Below, piece after piece: positions 45,450 through 54,734 of a stretch of DNA of 64,000 nucleotides. Every line of letters starts with the position of its first letter. The first letter of the stretch is position 1. The notes under the pieces are model-generated. The model saw only the letters and a list, made by a program, of their open reading frames with translations, had not been told where the DNA came from and did not search any database. Made by a program: the position numbers and the translations under genes. Source of the stretch: a virus; IMG/VR virus record IMGVR_UViG_3300015360_000042, positions 2,426 to 66,425 of that record; one strand, 5' to 3'.

Positions 45450-46322
45450 TTAAGTCCAGTCAATTTCTGTTTTACTAAATAGTTGTTTAAATATTTTTAA
45501 CCACAACTGCAAATACGTCAAGTTATCCGTTATGATTCTGGTCAGCATTGGATCGTTTAATTGCTCCAATCTTCCCGCCAAGCGAGTATCGGTTCCATGG
45601 TCGATCAACACTAGATTAGGATCTAAATTTATGTCAGCGTCGAATTTTGGTAAATTAACAACGTCCCAAAATAATCGCTTTTGATAATGCTCACACTCTT
45701 TTGCTTTTAATAATTTTGATATTACTTCCTCGAATACATCGTAGTCCTTGCCGTGGCGTTCAAGCATTTTATTATTAAACACATCGCTCTCGATATCACC
45801 ATTAATAAAAAAGTACTCAAACTCAAAAGAGTTATCAATCGATATGTAAGCACCAGACCAAAACGATTTAAGACATTGCATAAGTTTCGTTCGAACTGTT
45901 GGAGTACGTTGTTGAAGCGGTAGCATATTTAATAATAATATTATAATTGGACTTAAGCTTGTGCCAGAACACAAATCTCGGTTACAGCAATAAAAATGGT
46001 CATTCATATATAGCACTTGTGAACCGCATTGATTGCAATTCGCATTAATTTCCGTATTACCAGATGTCAGCTTTTGGAAATTTACATTTGTCAATTGTCC
46101 CTTAGTGCTTTCGGTTGTTGTTATGTTAAAAACATCGCCTAATTTAAATTTGTGATCTAAAAACTCCTTTGAGTCTTTAAATAGAAACGTGCCGCCCTCT
46201 TTAACACCAAATTGAATCACAGGTAGTGTTATTCCAGATCCATCGTTTTGAAAAAAACAATTATCTAAGGATACACCAAGTAGAAAGTGTTGTTTTTCAT
46301 TATTTATAATTTCAATAGTCAT
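45450..46322 (-). CDS. Protein with NAD-dependent DNA ligase-like OB fold and C4 Zn finger, no adenylation domain
   Basis: 'GSGITLPVIQF...FLDHKFKLGDVFNI' and 'CNQCGS...FYCCNRDLC' match the LigA OB/ZnF order. No KxDG motif. Confidence 0.55.
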   Translation of the reverse strand: MTIEIINNEKQHFLLGVSLDNCFFQNDGSGITLPVIQFGVKEGGTFLFKDSKEFLDHKFKLGDVFNITTTESTKGQLTNVNFQKLTSGNTEINANCNQCGSQVLYMNDHFYCCNRDLCSGTSLSPIIILLLNMLPLQQRTPTVRTKLMQCLKSFWSGAYISIDNSFEFEYFFINGDIESDVFNNKMLERHGKDYDVFEEVISKLLKAKECEHYQKRLFWDVVNLPKFDADINLDPNLVLIDHGTDTRLAGRLEQLNDPMLTRIITDNLTYLQLWLKIFKQLFSKTEIDWT

Positions 46323-46576
46323 TGAATTATTTCCAAGTTTTTCGCCTTAAAGCCTTTAACGCCTTTGTGAAGATCAAACTCTACAACTTGTCCTTCTTGT
46401 AATTTTTTAAATTGGTCCTGCCACGATACGTTTGGTTGTATATCTTTAAAATGAATAAACGCATCTTTATTTCTGTATCTAAAATCCTCGTCTGATATCT
46501 TAATAAACCCAAAAGATTTAGTTACATTGTACGCAGTTACTGTTCCTCTAACTCGAATTTCTAAATTTTCAATCAT
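46319..46576 (-). CDS. Cold-shock domain protein
   Basis: RNP1 'KSFGFI', RNP2 'AFIHF', and 'LQEGQVVEF...KGFKAKNL'. Confidence 0.9.
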   Translation of the reverse strand: MIENLEIRVRGTVTAYNVTKSFGFIKISDEDFRYRNKDAFIHFKDIQPNVSWQDQFKKLQEGQVVEFDLHKGVKGFKAKNLEIIQ

Positions 46577-47073
46577 AATCCCTTCTTATATCCATATAGT
46601 GCAATTAATGCCGCATCGATGTATCCGTCATGAGGAACCTTACTTCTAGTTGAGGCAAGAAAGGTTTCTTCTGGAAATAGTCTGCTAGCTGTTATTAGTG
46701 CTATTTTCTTATTATCTTTTCTACCATCTTTTTTGAGATACATTTTAGTACCGAGACAAATTACTCCCTGCCAAGTTTTCGGAATAACCGATGTGACTGG
46801 TATGCCAAGTAGTGATCCAATTGCTCGAATAACGGCCACCTGACTTCCAATACTTATTGCCGCTGATTTTGAATATCCAAAAAATCCAGCAAACTTTTCA
46901 GTTACAATATGACATGTGCCTTTAGTTTTTAACTTTAATAGTGTTGAAGAAATTTTTCTGTAATTAACTTCGTCTCCACCAATTAGCGGCATTATTTCCT
47001 TATGCACAATTTTACCGCGCGTGATGACAACTATTGCCCCTTTTTTTCCAGGGTCTATTCCAATGTAAAACAC
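46573..47073 (-). CDS. ruvC: RuvC-like Holliday junction resolvase
   Basis: 'YIGIDPGKKGA', 'VTE', 'PKTWQ' and 'HDGYIDAALIA'. Confidence 0.88.
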   Translation of the reverse strand: MFYIGIDPGKKGAIVVITRGKIVHKEIMPLIGGDEVNYRKISSTLLKLKTKGTCHIVTEKFAGFFGYSKSAAISIGSQVAVIRAIGSLLGIPVTSVIPKTWQGVICLGTKMYLKKDGRKDNKKIALITASRLFPEETFLASTRSKVPHDGYIDAALIALYGYKKGL

Positions 47074-47082
47074 TACCCACCT

Positions 47083-49131
47083 CTAAGTTAATTCAATACT
47101 ACTTGTTTTGTCTTGGTGTCTTGTAATCTTCAAAATGTTAGGGATAGAATTTTTTATCTCAACATCATGGGAAATTAGAAAGACTTGTTTAAATCCAAGC
47201 TTCTTAGTTAGTAATTGAATCACAGACGCGACTATTGATCTACGAAAAAATTTATCAAAAGCGCTATCAACCTCATCTAAAAATATCATATCTAATTTTG
47301 CCTTACCTTGATTTCTTTTTAATAGTGAAAGGGCCAGTCGTACAGCGTAAGAGATTAAAACCTTGCCACCACCGCTATCCGAATCGAAATCGGCCTCTGT
47401 TGCGCCTTCCATAATTTTTAAACTTAATTCGTCCTTTCTTTGTTTCATTCTTGGTTCATTACATTCGGTGCACTCCGATCCTCTAAATCCTTTCGGGTAA
47501 ACAAAACCGCAATGACAAATTGGTTCCATCTTTGCTATCTCTTTATCTGGTGAAAATGAAACAGAGAAGTCGGTATCTAAATTTGTTAATACAAAATTAA
47601 TGTTATCCTCAACAGCTTGAAACTCGTTTTCAATCTCATCAGCTGGGATACCGTTCTTACCGAACATTAGGCAAATATAATTTAAATCCGCAAGTGCGGC
47701 CCTTTGCTTTTCATTAATTATATTCAAACTTGTTATTTTCTCTAGTGTCTTTTTTGCTTGTGTTTTCTTCTCCACGATAGCACCGATGTCTCTTTGTGCT
47801 CTAGCGATCTTGTTGTTTACCTCATCCAAATTAAATTGTGTGCTACTAGCAATCTCGTGTAATGCGTTTGAAGAAACTTCTTTAGTTTCTTTTGTTTTTT
47901 GTAGTGCATGTTCAGCGTTATCCAAATCTTCGGATTTAAAGTTTAAAGAATCCGCTTCTTTTTTTAACATTTGTAGTCTTTGCTGAAACCGATCGAATTG
48001 AATTTTTGCTGTTGCGGCTTTGTTACTCTCATTTGCTAATTGTTCTAATTTGCTGATATCTTTATCAAGTATTTCAGATTTGACCTCTGTGTCTTTAATG
48101 GTCGATGTGGATACCGTAATTAAATCGCATGACGATTCCAAAATAGGGCACATACCTTTACCAGATTTTAGTTTCCTAAGTTGGTTTTCTAATGTTGTTT
48201 TGGCATTTAATTTTGCACCTAAATTCTTTTGATTTTCATTTTTCTTGGTTTCATCAAAACATGCGGCAAGTTCAGTAATTTCATCCATTGCCAATTTTGT
48301 AGTTTTATAGTCCGACCTTAATTCTTTAATTCTATTAAACGTTGTTCTAAGTCCATTTACCTTTTGAGTATCATCTTTTAATTTTTTATCGTAGTCTTTG
48401 ATATCTTTTTCTTGAATTGTTATTTTCTTATTTAATAACGAAAGTTCCTCTTCAATCGTTTCCTTTGACGCGGTTAATGAGCTAAGTCCCTTTTTTAGAA
48501 TATTAAGCTCATTTACAAAATTGTCCTCTGGTACTAAAGAGTTATTTAGCGCTTTAACTGTTATATCGTTTTCATTAATTAATGATTTTAATGAATCTCT
48601 ATCCTCTTTTGCTAGGCCTTCTTTTACTTTCCAGTGATCATTTCTCATCCATTTCATTAAGAATTGCGTCTTCTCAGTTGGCGACATTCCCATGAATCCA
48701 TGAATTTCTGATTGTTGAAAAAAATTAGTTAATAAAATATCCTCGGATGAATCTATTCCAAATAGATCATTGATGGCCTTTTGCGCCTCTCGTGTCTTTT
48801 CAATCCAATCAACGCTTAATGATCTTTCATTGCTAGCGGTACAACCTCTTTTAATTTTATACGACTTACCATCGTCGTCTTTATAGATGCCAATAACCTG
48901 CATCATAGTTTCTCCATGATGAATAAGTTTTAAAGCTGATTTTGTTCTCGTGTATCCTGTAAGATTATATAGAATGGATTCAAGTGCGAGACTTTTACCT
49001 CCTCTATTTGATCGCTCTGGATCATCTTCGTATTCAGCAAGTACACCAATTATATCTTTGTCCTTGAATCTGATTTGGTGCTTACCTTTAAAGATACCAA
49101 AATTTAATATTTCTATGGCTGATAAATACAT
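47083..49131 (-). CDS. sbcC: SbcC/Rad50-like (gp46) SMC ATPase
   Basis: Walker A 'NRGGKS', Q-loop 'FFQQ', coiled coils with hook 'CPILESSC', signature 'SGGGK', Walker B 'IFLDEVDSAFD', and 'ISH'. Confidence 0.92.
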   Translation of the reverse strand: MYLSAIEILNFGIFKGKHQIRFKDKDIIGVLAEYEDDPERSNRGGKSLALESILYNLTGYTRTKSALKLIHHGETMMQVIGIYKDDDGKSYKIKRGCTASNERSLSVDWIEKTREAQKAINDLFGIDSSEDILLTNFFQQSEIHGFMGMSPTEKTQFLMKWMRNDHWKVKEGLAKEDRDSLKSLINENDITVKALNNSLVPEDNFVNELNILKKGLSSLTASKETIEEELSLLNKKITIQEKDIKDYDKKLKDDTQKVNGLRTTFNRIKELRSDYKTTKLAMDEITELAACFDETKKNENQKNLGAKLNAKTTLENQLRKLKSGKGMCPILESSCDLITVSTSTIKDTEVKSEILDKDISKLEQLANESNKAATAKIQFDRFQQRLQMLKKEADSLNFKSEDLDNAEHALQKTKETKEVSSNALHEIASSTQFNLDEVNNKIARAQRDIGAIVEKKTQAKKTLEKITSLNIINEKQRAALADLNYICLMFGKNGIPADEIENEFQAVEDNINFVLTNLDTDFSVSFSPDKEIAKMEPICHCGFVYPKGFRGSECTECNEPRMKQRKDELSLKIMEGATEADFDSDSGGGKVLISYAVRLALSLLKRNQGKAKLDMIFLDEVDSAFDKFFRRSIVASVIQLLTKKLGFKQVFLISHDVEIKNSIPNILKITRHQDKTSSIELT

Positions 49132-50352
49132 TTATTCCCCTAAGTATTTTAACGTTTTTTCGTAGATACGATTGGCCCTTTCATTGTCATTTTTTAAATT
49201 TGCTTTTAAATAAATTTTAACACTATCTTTTGGGTCTAAATTTATTTTTTGATTTTCTGATCTTACAATCTTTTTAGAAATAACCCTTGGTATAATTGGC
49301 TTAACATTACATTTAAGTAAGCGACTCCATTTTCCGCGAATGGCCTCCCAATCGTATGAATTATTTTCTGGGTTAGTGGTTATATTAAATTTTACCATCG
49401 GGGTATCGTCTGAAAATTGTGTAGCAATTTCCCAAAATTGTTTAACCTCGTCTATTTCAAAGAAGTCTTTAGTCGCTTCAATCAGATTGATATCTAATTG
49501 TAAAAACGGAACACACTTTGATTTTATATATTCAATCGTATCTGGTTTACTAATTTGGCCGTTAATATGAATGACGGCGTAATACTTTTCAGACGTTTCA
49601 CCAAAACCGCAGTAAAGTGGATTTCCAATTATATTAATGTTTCCAATCTTTGCTCTTGTATGTAAATGTCCTTGTATTATTGTCGGGAGATTAACGCCCT
49701 CAATCTCAGTTACGAAACACTTCGGTAAATAAGCCTCTGATTTTCTTAATAGATTTTCTTCACTTCCAGGGTGTGCTCCACGAACATTTAAATGTGAAAA
49801 GACGTAGTGCTGGCCAATGCCGATTCTTTTTACAATGGCCCTACATTTTGTCTCAATGTACGTTTGTGTATCCGTAATCTCAAGAAACCGCATTTTCCTG
49901 TGATTGCTCTCAAGTACTGCTTTGGTTATATGAGGTAAGAACGTAAAGTGTAGATCGCCACAATCGTTTGTTGTAATTTTTAAAGATGCGATATCGTCAA
50001 TTAGTTTTATAGTTGGATATCCTACTTTGGCCTTCTTAATAAATGAAAGACACGATAACCTAACAGGATCGGCAACCGATTCATGATTACCGACGATAAT
50101 GTATGTGTCCAATTCGTTTTGCTTAATCTTGTTTAACACTGTAAAAAAAGACGAAATTGTTTTTTCAGATGGCGAGTTATTGTTAAAGATATCTCCACCA
50201 AGCACTAAAATAACTTGGTGATTTTCTTTCTTAAACTCAACTGCCTTATCAACAACATCCAGAGTTATTCTTAAAATTTCTGGATTTCTATCAACTTCGT
50301 CTGTTTTTAGTTCAAAATGTAAGTCGGAAGTCCAAACAACTTTAAGTGCCAT
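49132..50352 (-). CDS. sbcD: SbcD/Mre11-like (gp47) metallophosphoesterase nuclease
   Basis: 'SDLH', 'GGDIF', 'GNHE', 'SH' and 'GHLH'. Start placed at ATG 50352 (MALKVVW). Confidence 0.9.
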   Translation of the reverse strand: MALKVVWTSDLHFELKTDEVDRNPEILRITLDVVDKAVEFKKENHQVILVLGGDIFNNNSPSEKTISSFFTVLNKIKQNELDTYIIVGNHESVADPVRLSCLSFIKKAKVGYPTIKLIDDIASLKITTNDCGDLHFTFLPHITKAVLESNHRKMRFLEITDTQTYIETKCRAIVKRIGIGQHYVFSHLNVRGAHPGSEENLLRKSEAYLPKCFVTEIEGVNLPTIIQGHLHTRAKIGNINIIGNPLYCGFGETSEKYYAVIHINGQISKPDTIEYIKSKCVPFLQLDINLIEATKDFFEIDEVKQFWEIATQFSDDTPMVKFNITTNPENNSYDWEAIRGKWSRLLKCNVKPIIPRVISKKIVRSENQKINLDPKDSVKIYLKANLKNDNERANRIYEKTLKYLGE

Positions 50353-50353
50353 A

Positions 50354-51505
50354 TTACTCCGCTCCTTCTGTATCTTCGATTGCTTCCTCGACCAAATCAT
50401 CGCTATCAATCTCGCCGACCATGATTGGTTGAATGATTTTTGGTTCCGCATCTATTAGGTCTGAAATGGTGGCGTACACCGCACCTGTTTCGATTGAGGT
50501 ATATCGTGGAGCGGCTCTTTTATTTTCTCTAATAGTTTCGATGCTAATTCGATTGTGATTTAGTAGTAGTTCGTCCACGCCTTTAAATGGATCGATACCT
50601 TTGCTAAATAAAGTTTGAACCATTGCCTTTTGAAATGGTGCTACGTGCCGATTTTTAATCGCGTGCCATTCGGCCCTAATACCAACTTGCATTTCTATTT
50701 CTTTCTTAACTGTGCTGTGTACTTTCTTATTTAATTTTTTTGCTGTTCTGCCTCTAATTCGTTGTGTACACCAAAATTTTATAACCTCTTCGCCTAAGGT
50801 ATAAGTAGGATTACCAAAAACTACGCCCTTCTTTGTTCGTGTTTGATTGATTAAGATCAGTGTCGCGCCGTATGTATCCAAATCACCAACGAACTTCTCA
50901 ATTGATTGAGAAAATTTTAAGTTTTTTTGCATTGCCGCGTATCCTTTTGGGTCGGCCCCTTCCTCGTAGCCCTTCATTACATCGCGTGTTTGTAATGATG
51001 GAAAAGAATCCAATCCAATTAATATTGGCGCTGTCTTATCTTTTTTTCTAATTGATAAAATGTATTTTAACATTAGTGGAAATAAGTTTTCAATAATGCG
51101 CTCCTTTGTAATAGCAAAGGTGCCATTCATTGAGATTTTATTTGCTAGCGCAATATTTTTTGAAAATGCTCTTTCACCATCTTGTAGCAAAGCGTATCCG
51201 CCCATTGCTTGTACCGATGAGATTAATTCGTATAGTAAATAGCTTTTTCCCACCATGCTATCGCCTGAAACCTCTATAAACTTTCCACCTAAAATACCAC
51301 CTGTAATAAAATTTAAAGCATGACTTTTAAATGGGATAATATATGGTACGTCTGATAAATCATTAGTATCTGACATGATCTCAAACTCGAAATCTTTTAA
51401 ATCAGCTTCTAACGAATCAATAACGGCCTTAGAACGGTCTTGAGTCTTCATCGTCTGTGTCTTCTTTTTGATTGCTTCTGGTGCTTTGTTTTTTACCTTT
51501 ACCAT
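50354..51505 (-). CDS. recA: RecA/UvsX-like recombinase
   Basis: 'GGILGGKFIEVSGDSMVGKS', 'IGLDS', 'INQTR...FGNP' and 'KNRHVAPF'. Start ATG 51505 with RBS AAGGAG. Confidence 0.92.
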   Translation of the reverse strand: MVKVKNKAPEAIKKKTQTMKTQDRSKAVIDSLEADLKDFEFEIMSDTNDLSDVPYIIPFKSHALNFITGGILGGKFIEVSGDSMVGKSYLLYELISSVQAMGGYALLQDGERAFSKNIALANKISMNGTFAITKERIIENLFPLMLKYILSIRKKDKTAPILIGLDSFPSLQTRDVMKGYEEGADPKGYAAMQKNLKFSQSIEKFVGDLDTYGATLILINQTRTKKGVVFGNPTYTLGEEVIKFWCTQRIRGRTAKKLNKKVHSTVKKEIEMQVGIRAEWHAIKNRHVAPFQKAMVQTLFSKGIDPFKGVDELLLNHNRISIETIRENKRAAPRYTSIETGAVYATISDLIDAEPKIIQPIMVGEIDSDDLVEEAIEDTEGAE

Positions 51506-53564
51506 TTTCCTTCTCCTTCTCGTAATTAATAAAAAATTCTTTAACATTTTGATCTCTTTTTTCGTTTGTTAATTGAAATCCGCAATGATTTGAATCATTA
51601 GTTGCTCCTGCGTAAGCGAAATTTTGCATGGACATAAACGGCGAGCTAATAGTTTCAAACCGTCCAAGTTGTCCTTCGATTGCGGATAAATACAATTGAT
51701 GTTTGGGTCTAGTAATGGCAACGTAGAATATTCTATGTTCCTCAAGTACGTCTTCCGCTCTATAAAATGGATACGTCTTATTAGAAATGCCGACTACGAA
51801 CACATGCTCAAACTCTCGTCCCTTTGCTTTATGAATACTCATTAATTGAACTAAATCATCGCTCTCGTCATTATCTTTTAAATCCTTCGTGCGCATCTCC
51901 ATGGCATCAATGAATTCTAAGAAATCTTCTAAATCGCTAAATTTCTCGGCCGTTGTTCTAATAGAGTCGAGATTCATAATTAAATCGCTATCTAATTCAT
52001 TGTCTTGATTCTCTTTCTCTACGAATTTTTCATAACCCATGTCTTTTAAAATATAGTTTATTAAATCGCAAACCTTAGAGCCAGATTGATATCTGCTTTG
52101 ACCTGTTGAGATATCTTTCAATAGTCTAGTTAAGCCGTTTATTGCGTATTCCGATAGCGGTGATCTATGGTCGTCAACTACGTCAGTGAGCGCGGAATAA
52201 AATGAACCACCCTGCGTATCCTTAACTTTTGAAATGTGCATGAATACATCATTACTTATGTAGCGTACTGGCTTATTTGCAATCCGTTGTAGCATTGTCT
52301 TATTCATTTTCTCTGGCCTTAAAAACAGAGCTAGGTAGGTTAAAATATCTTGAACTTCTTTTTTTCTATAGAAACTTGTTTCGATATATGTTTTATATTT
52401 AATATTTGCAAATACTAGCTCCAATTCAATTTGTTGTGATAGTGAGTGTGCTCTATAAATTACAGCAATCTCACTTGGATTTACGCCAGATTTTATCAGT
52501 GAGTTTATTTTATCCGCAATAGTAATTGCCTCTTCACCATCGCTTTTGCTTCTATAGTAAATGACTTGTTCACCAATCGGGTTATCTGTTACAGCTGGCG
52601 CACCGAGTAGCTCAGGATAATGAGTCATGAACTTGTTTGAGTTTTCAACAATCGCCTTAGTTGATCTATAGTTTTTTGGGAGATCAATAATCTTTGCATT
52701 GTAGTGTTTAATGAAGTTTGGAATATTGGAAACATTGGCCCCTGCAAAAGCAAATATAGATTGTCTTCTGTCTCCAATGATTGTTACGTTTCTTGATTGC
52801 GCCAATTCATAAATAATTTTAAAGTTTAATGTTGACGTATCTTGTGCCTCGTCCACAAGTAAATGTTCTATTTTTGAAGTGTAGTCGTTTTTAAAAATTT
52901 CGTATGCAGGTAGTGTCATTACTTTATACGCACCTAATAAAATATCAGCAAAATCTATTTTATTAAATTTAAGACAGGCCTTATTATACTCTTCCCAAGT
53001 AGCCGCAACACAACACACGTATGGGTAACGACTTGGTTCACCAGCTTTTTGAACTTGCGTATCAAACTGTATTTCTTTTTTATACTGCGCTAAATCGTTT
53101 CCCATTACTTTTTGAAAACCGATATCCTTTAAATGTGTAACAACCGCTTTATTACTCAAGCCAATTTTTTTAGCATGTAACAGAAGTGGCATCATATAGA
53201 AAATAGGATTAGATAAAATAGATGGCATTGAATAATAAGGGTCGATACTTAATCGACCACCTTTAAAAATTTTATAAGCTAAAGAATGAATAGTGCTAAT
53301 TCTTAACTTTTCGGTGACTTCTTTGCCTATTATTTTAGTTAGTCTGTCTTTGATTTCCTCTGCCGCCTTTTTAGTTAATGTACACGCAACTATTCTGCTT
53401 GGTTTAATATTTTTTTCTTTTAGTAGATATAGAATTTTTGTAACGAGTGTTTTTGTTTTGCCAACACCCGCAGAGGATAATACGGCCAGCGGTCCGTCGT
53501 TATATAGGACAACAGCTTTTTGATGTTCGTTTAATTCTTTTAGATATTCCATTTCAATTTCCAA
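51429..53564 (-). CDS. uvrD: UvrD/PcrA-family SF1 helicase
   Basis: 'SAGVGKT', 'VDEAQD', 'GDRRQSIFAF', 'NYRS', 'SIHKAKGREF' and 'YVAITR'. Confidence 0.93.
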   Translation of the reverse strand: MEIEMEYLKELNEHQKAVVLYNDGPLAVLSSAGVGKTKTLVTKILYLLKEKNIKPSRIVACTLTKKAAEEIKDRLTKIIGKEVTEKLRISTIHSLAYKIFKGGRLSIDPYYSMPSILSNPIFYMMPLLLHAKKIGLSNKAVVTHLKDIGFQKVMGNDLAQYKKEIQFDTQVQKAGEPSRYPYVCCVAATWEEYNKACLKFNKIDFADILLGAYKVMTLPAYEIFKNDYTSKIEHLLVDEAQDTSTLNFKIIYELAQSRNVTIIGDRRQSIFAFAGANVSNIPNFIKHYNAKIIDLPKNYRSTKAIVENSNKFMTHYPELLGAPAVTDNPIGEQVIYYRSKSDGEEAITIADKINSLIKSGVNPSEIAVIYRAHSLSQQIELELVFANIKYKTYIETSFYRKKEVQDILTYLALFLRPEKMNKTMLQRIANKPVRYISNDVFMHISKVKDTQGGSFYSALTDVVDDHRSPLSEYAINGLTRLLKDISTGQSRYQSGSKVCDLINYILKDMGYEKFVEKENQDNELDSDLIMNLDSIRTTAEKFSDLEDFLEFIDAMEMRTKDLKDNDESDDLVQLMSIHKAKGREFEHVFVVGISNKTYPFYRAEDVLEEHRIFYVAITRPKHQLYLSAIEGQLGRFETISSPFMSMQNFAYAGATNDSNHCGFQLTNEKRDQNVKEFFINYEKEKENGKGKKQSTRSNQKEDTDDEDSRPF

Positions 53565-53569
53565 TTAGG

Positions 53570-53595
53570 CCCGACAAGAGTTAACTCATCGGGCG
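53570..53595 (-). promoter_or_regulatory. Stable hairpin between SSB stop and UvrD start
   Basis: GCCCGA/TCGGGC outer stem enclosing the palindrome GAGTTAACTC. Confidence 0.55.
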
Positions 53596-53603
53596 ATTAT
53601 AGT

Positions 53604-54734
53604 TTACTTACGTCTTAGCGCGGTTGCTTGCTTAGTTAAAAATTTACCTTTAACTGGTACTTTTTTAACGTTCTCTTCTTCTAAATCTTCTTCTTCTAAA
53701 TCTTCTTCACCTAACTCTTCCTCAAACTCTTCTTCTTCCACAACTTTAACAGCCGTTTTCTTAGTTAAAACTTTACCTTTAACTGGTGCTTTTTTAACTT
53801 CCTCTTCCTCAAACTCTTCTTCCAAATCTTCCTCTAACTCTTCTTCTTCCACAACTTTAACGGTTGTTTTCTTAGTTAAAACTTTACCTTTAACTGGTAC
53901 TTTTTTAACTTCGATTTGCTCAATATCCTCATCTAGTTCTTCATCTAACGCTTGTTCTTCTTCTTCTAGAACCTCTTCCTCAATTGTTTCATCATCAATT
54001 GAATCAGCTGTTAATTCAGACACATCAATTTTATATTTATCTCTTGCAACCTTTGATAAATATTCTTTGATTTCTAAAAGTTTCGCATCGTCACATCTAA
54101 CTTGTAGGCCAGATAACGGCTTCAGTTTTGAGGCCAAAGATTCCATTTCTTCATCGGATAAATCCAAGCTCGCAGTTTCAGAAAGAAACTTAGCTGTATA
54201 ACGCACGCTAATTCCAGACGCGCCATTTGATTTAACCTGAAGAATCCGTCCATCAGCGAAGTCACAGATACTTGTTAAATCTTCACCAACATCAACAAGT
54301 TCGTCGATAATTGTTTGCTCAACTGTTCCAGAAAGAGCATAGACTTGTGGGCCAACGTCCAGGTTATCTAAATCTAGAACATTAATGTTCATTTTTTTAG
54401 TCGGCAACCACTCTTTGTAAAACGTTTTTAATCCCTCATCTTTACTTTTTGAATACTTCTCTCTAATTTTCCATCCGATTTCTGCAATATGATTGGTGTT
54501 ATTAAATACTTCTGGTGCGCCTGTTCTAAACTTTAATTGCTTACCCGAACCAAAAATTAAGTATTCATTTGTTACAAAAAATACTGCCTCTTTAACATCC
54601 ACGGGTGGAAGAACTAATAAGCGTGCCTTAAGTTTTCCCTTCATGGAAAATTTAGCAAATCCCGCTTTCTCATTTTGTTTTTTAAGCATTTCTGTTGATG
54701 CTTTTGACTTTAATACGAACGTTGGTTTACTCAT
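53604..54734 (-). CDS. Single-stranded DNA-binding protein (gp32-like) with repetitive acid/basic C-terminal tail
   Basis: 'ARLLVLPP...INVLD...GPQVY...DFADGR...VRY' core. Lies between the UvsY-like and helicase genes. Confidence 0.65.
   Translation of the reverse strand: MSKPTFVLKSKASTEMLKKQNEKAGFAKFSMKGKLKARLLVLPPVDVKEAVFFVTNEYLIFGSGKQLKFRTGAPEVFNNTNHIAEIGWKIREKYSKSKDEGLKTFYKEWLPTKKMNINVLDLDNLDVGPQVYALSGTVEQTIIDELVDVGEDLTSICDFADGRILQVKSNGASGISVRYTAKFLSETASLDLSDEEMESLASKLKPLSGLQVRCDDAKLLEIKEYLSKVARDKYKIDVSELTADSIDDETIEEEVLEEEEQALDEELDEDIEQIEVKKVPVKGKVLTKKTTVKVVEEEELEEDLEEEFEEEEVKKAPVKGKVLTKKTAVKVVEEEEFEEELGEEDLEEEDLEEENVKKVPVKGKFLTKQATALRRK
53625..53910 (-). repeat. Three imperfect repeats (VKKVPVKGKVLTKK + poly-E)
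   Basis: cttagttaaaa(a/c)tttacctttaactggt(a/g)cttttttaac on the + strand at about 53631, 53760 and 53871. Confidence 0.88.

Noticed and set aside
45450-46322. Functional DNA ligase
   Set aside because: No adenylation domain or KxDG motif.
50353-50451. Extended N-termini from the ORF track (SbcD from 50451, RecA from 51547, ORFs from 10650, 43868 and 44288)
   Set aside because: Downstream ATGs have better RBS spacing or avoid long overlaps.
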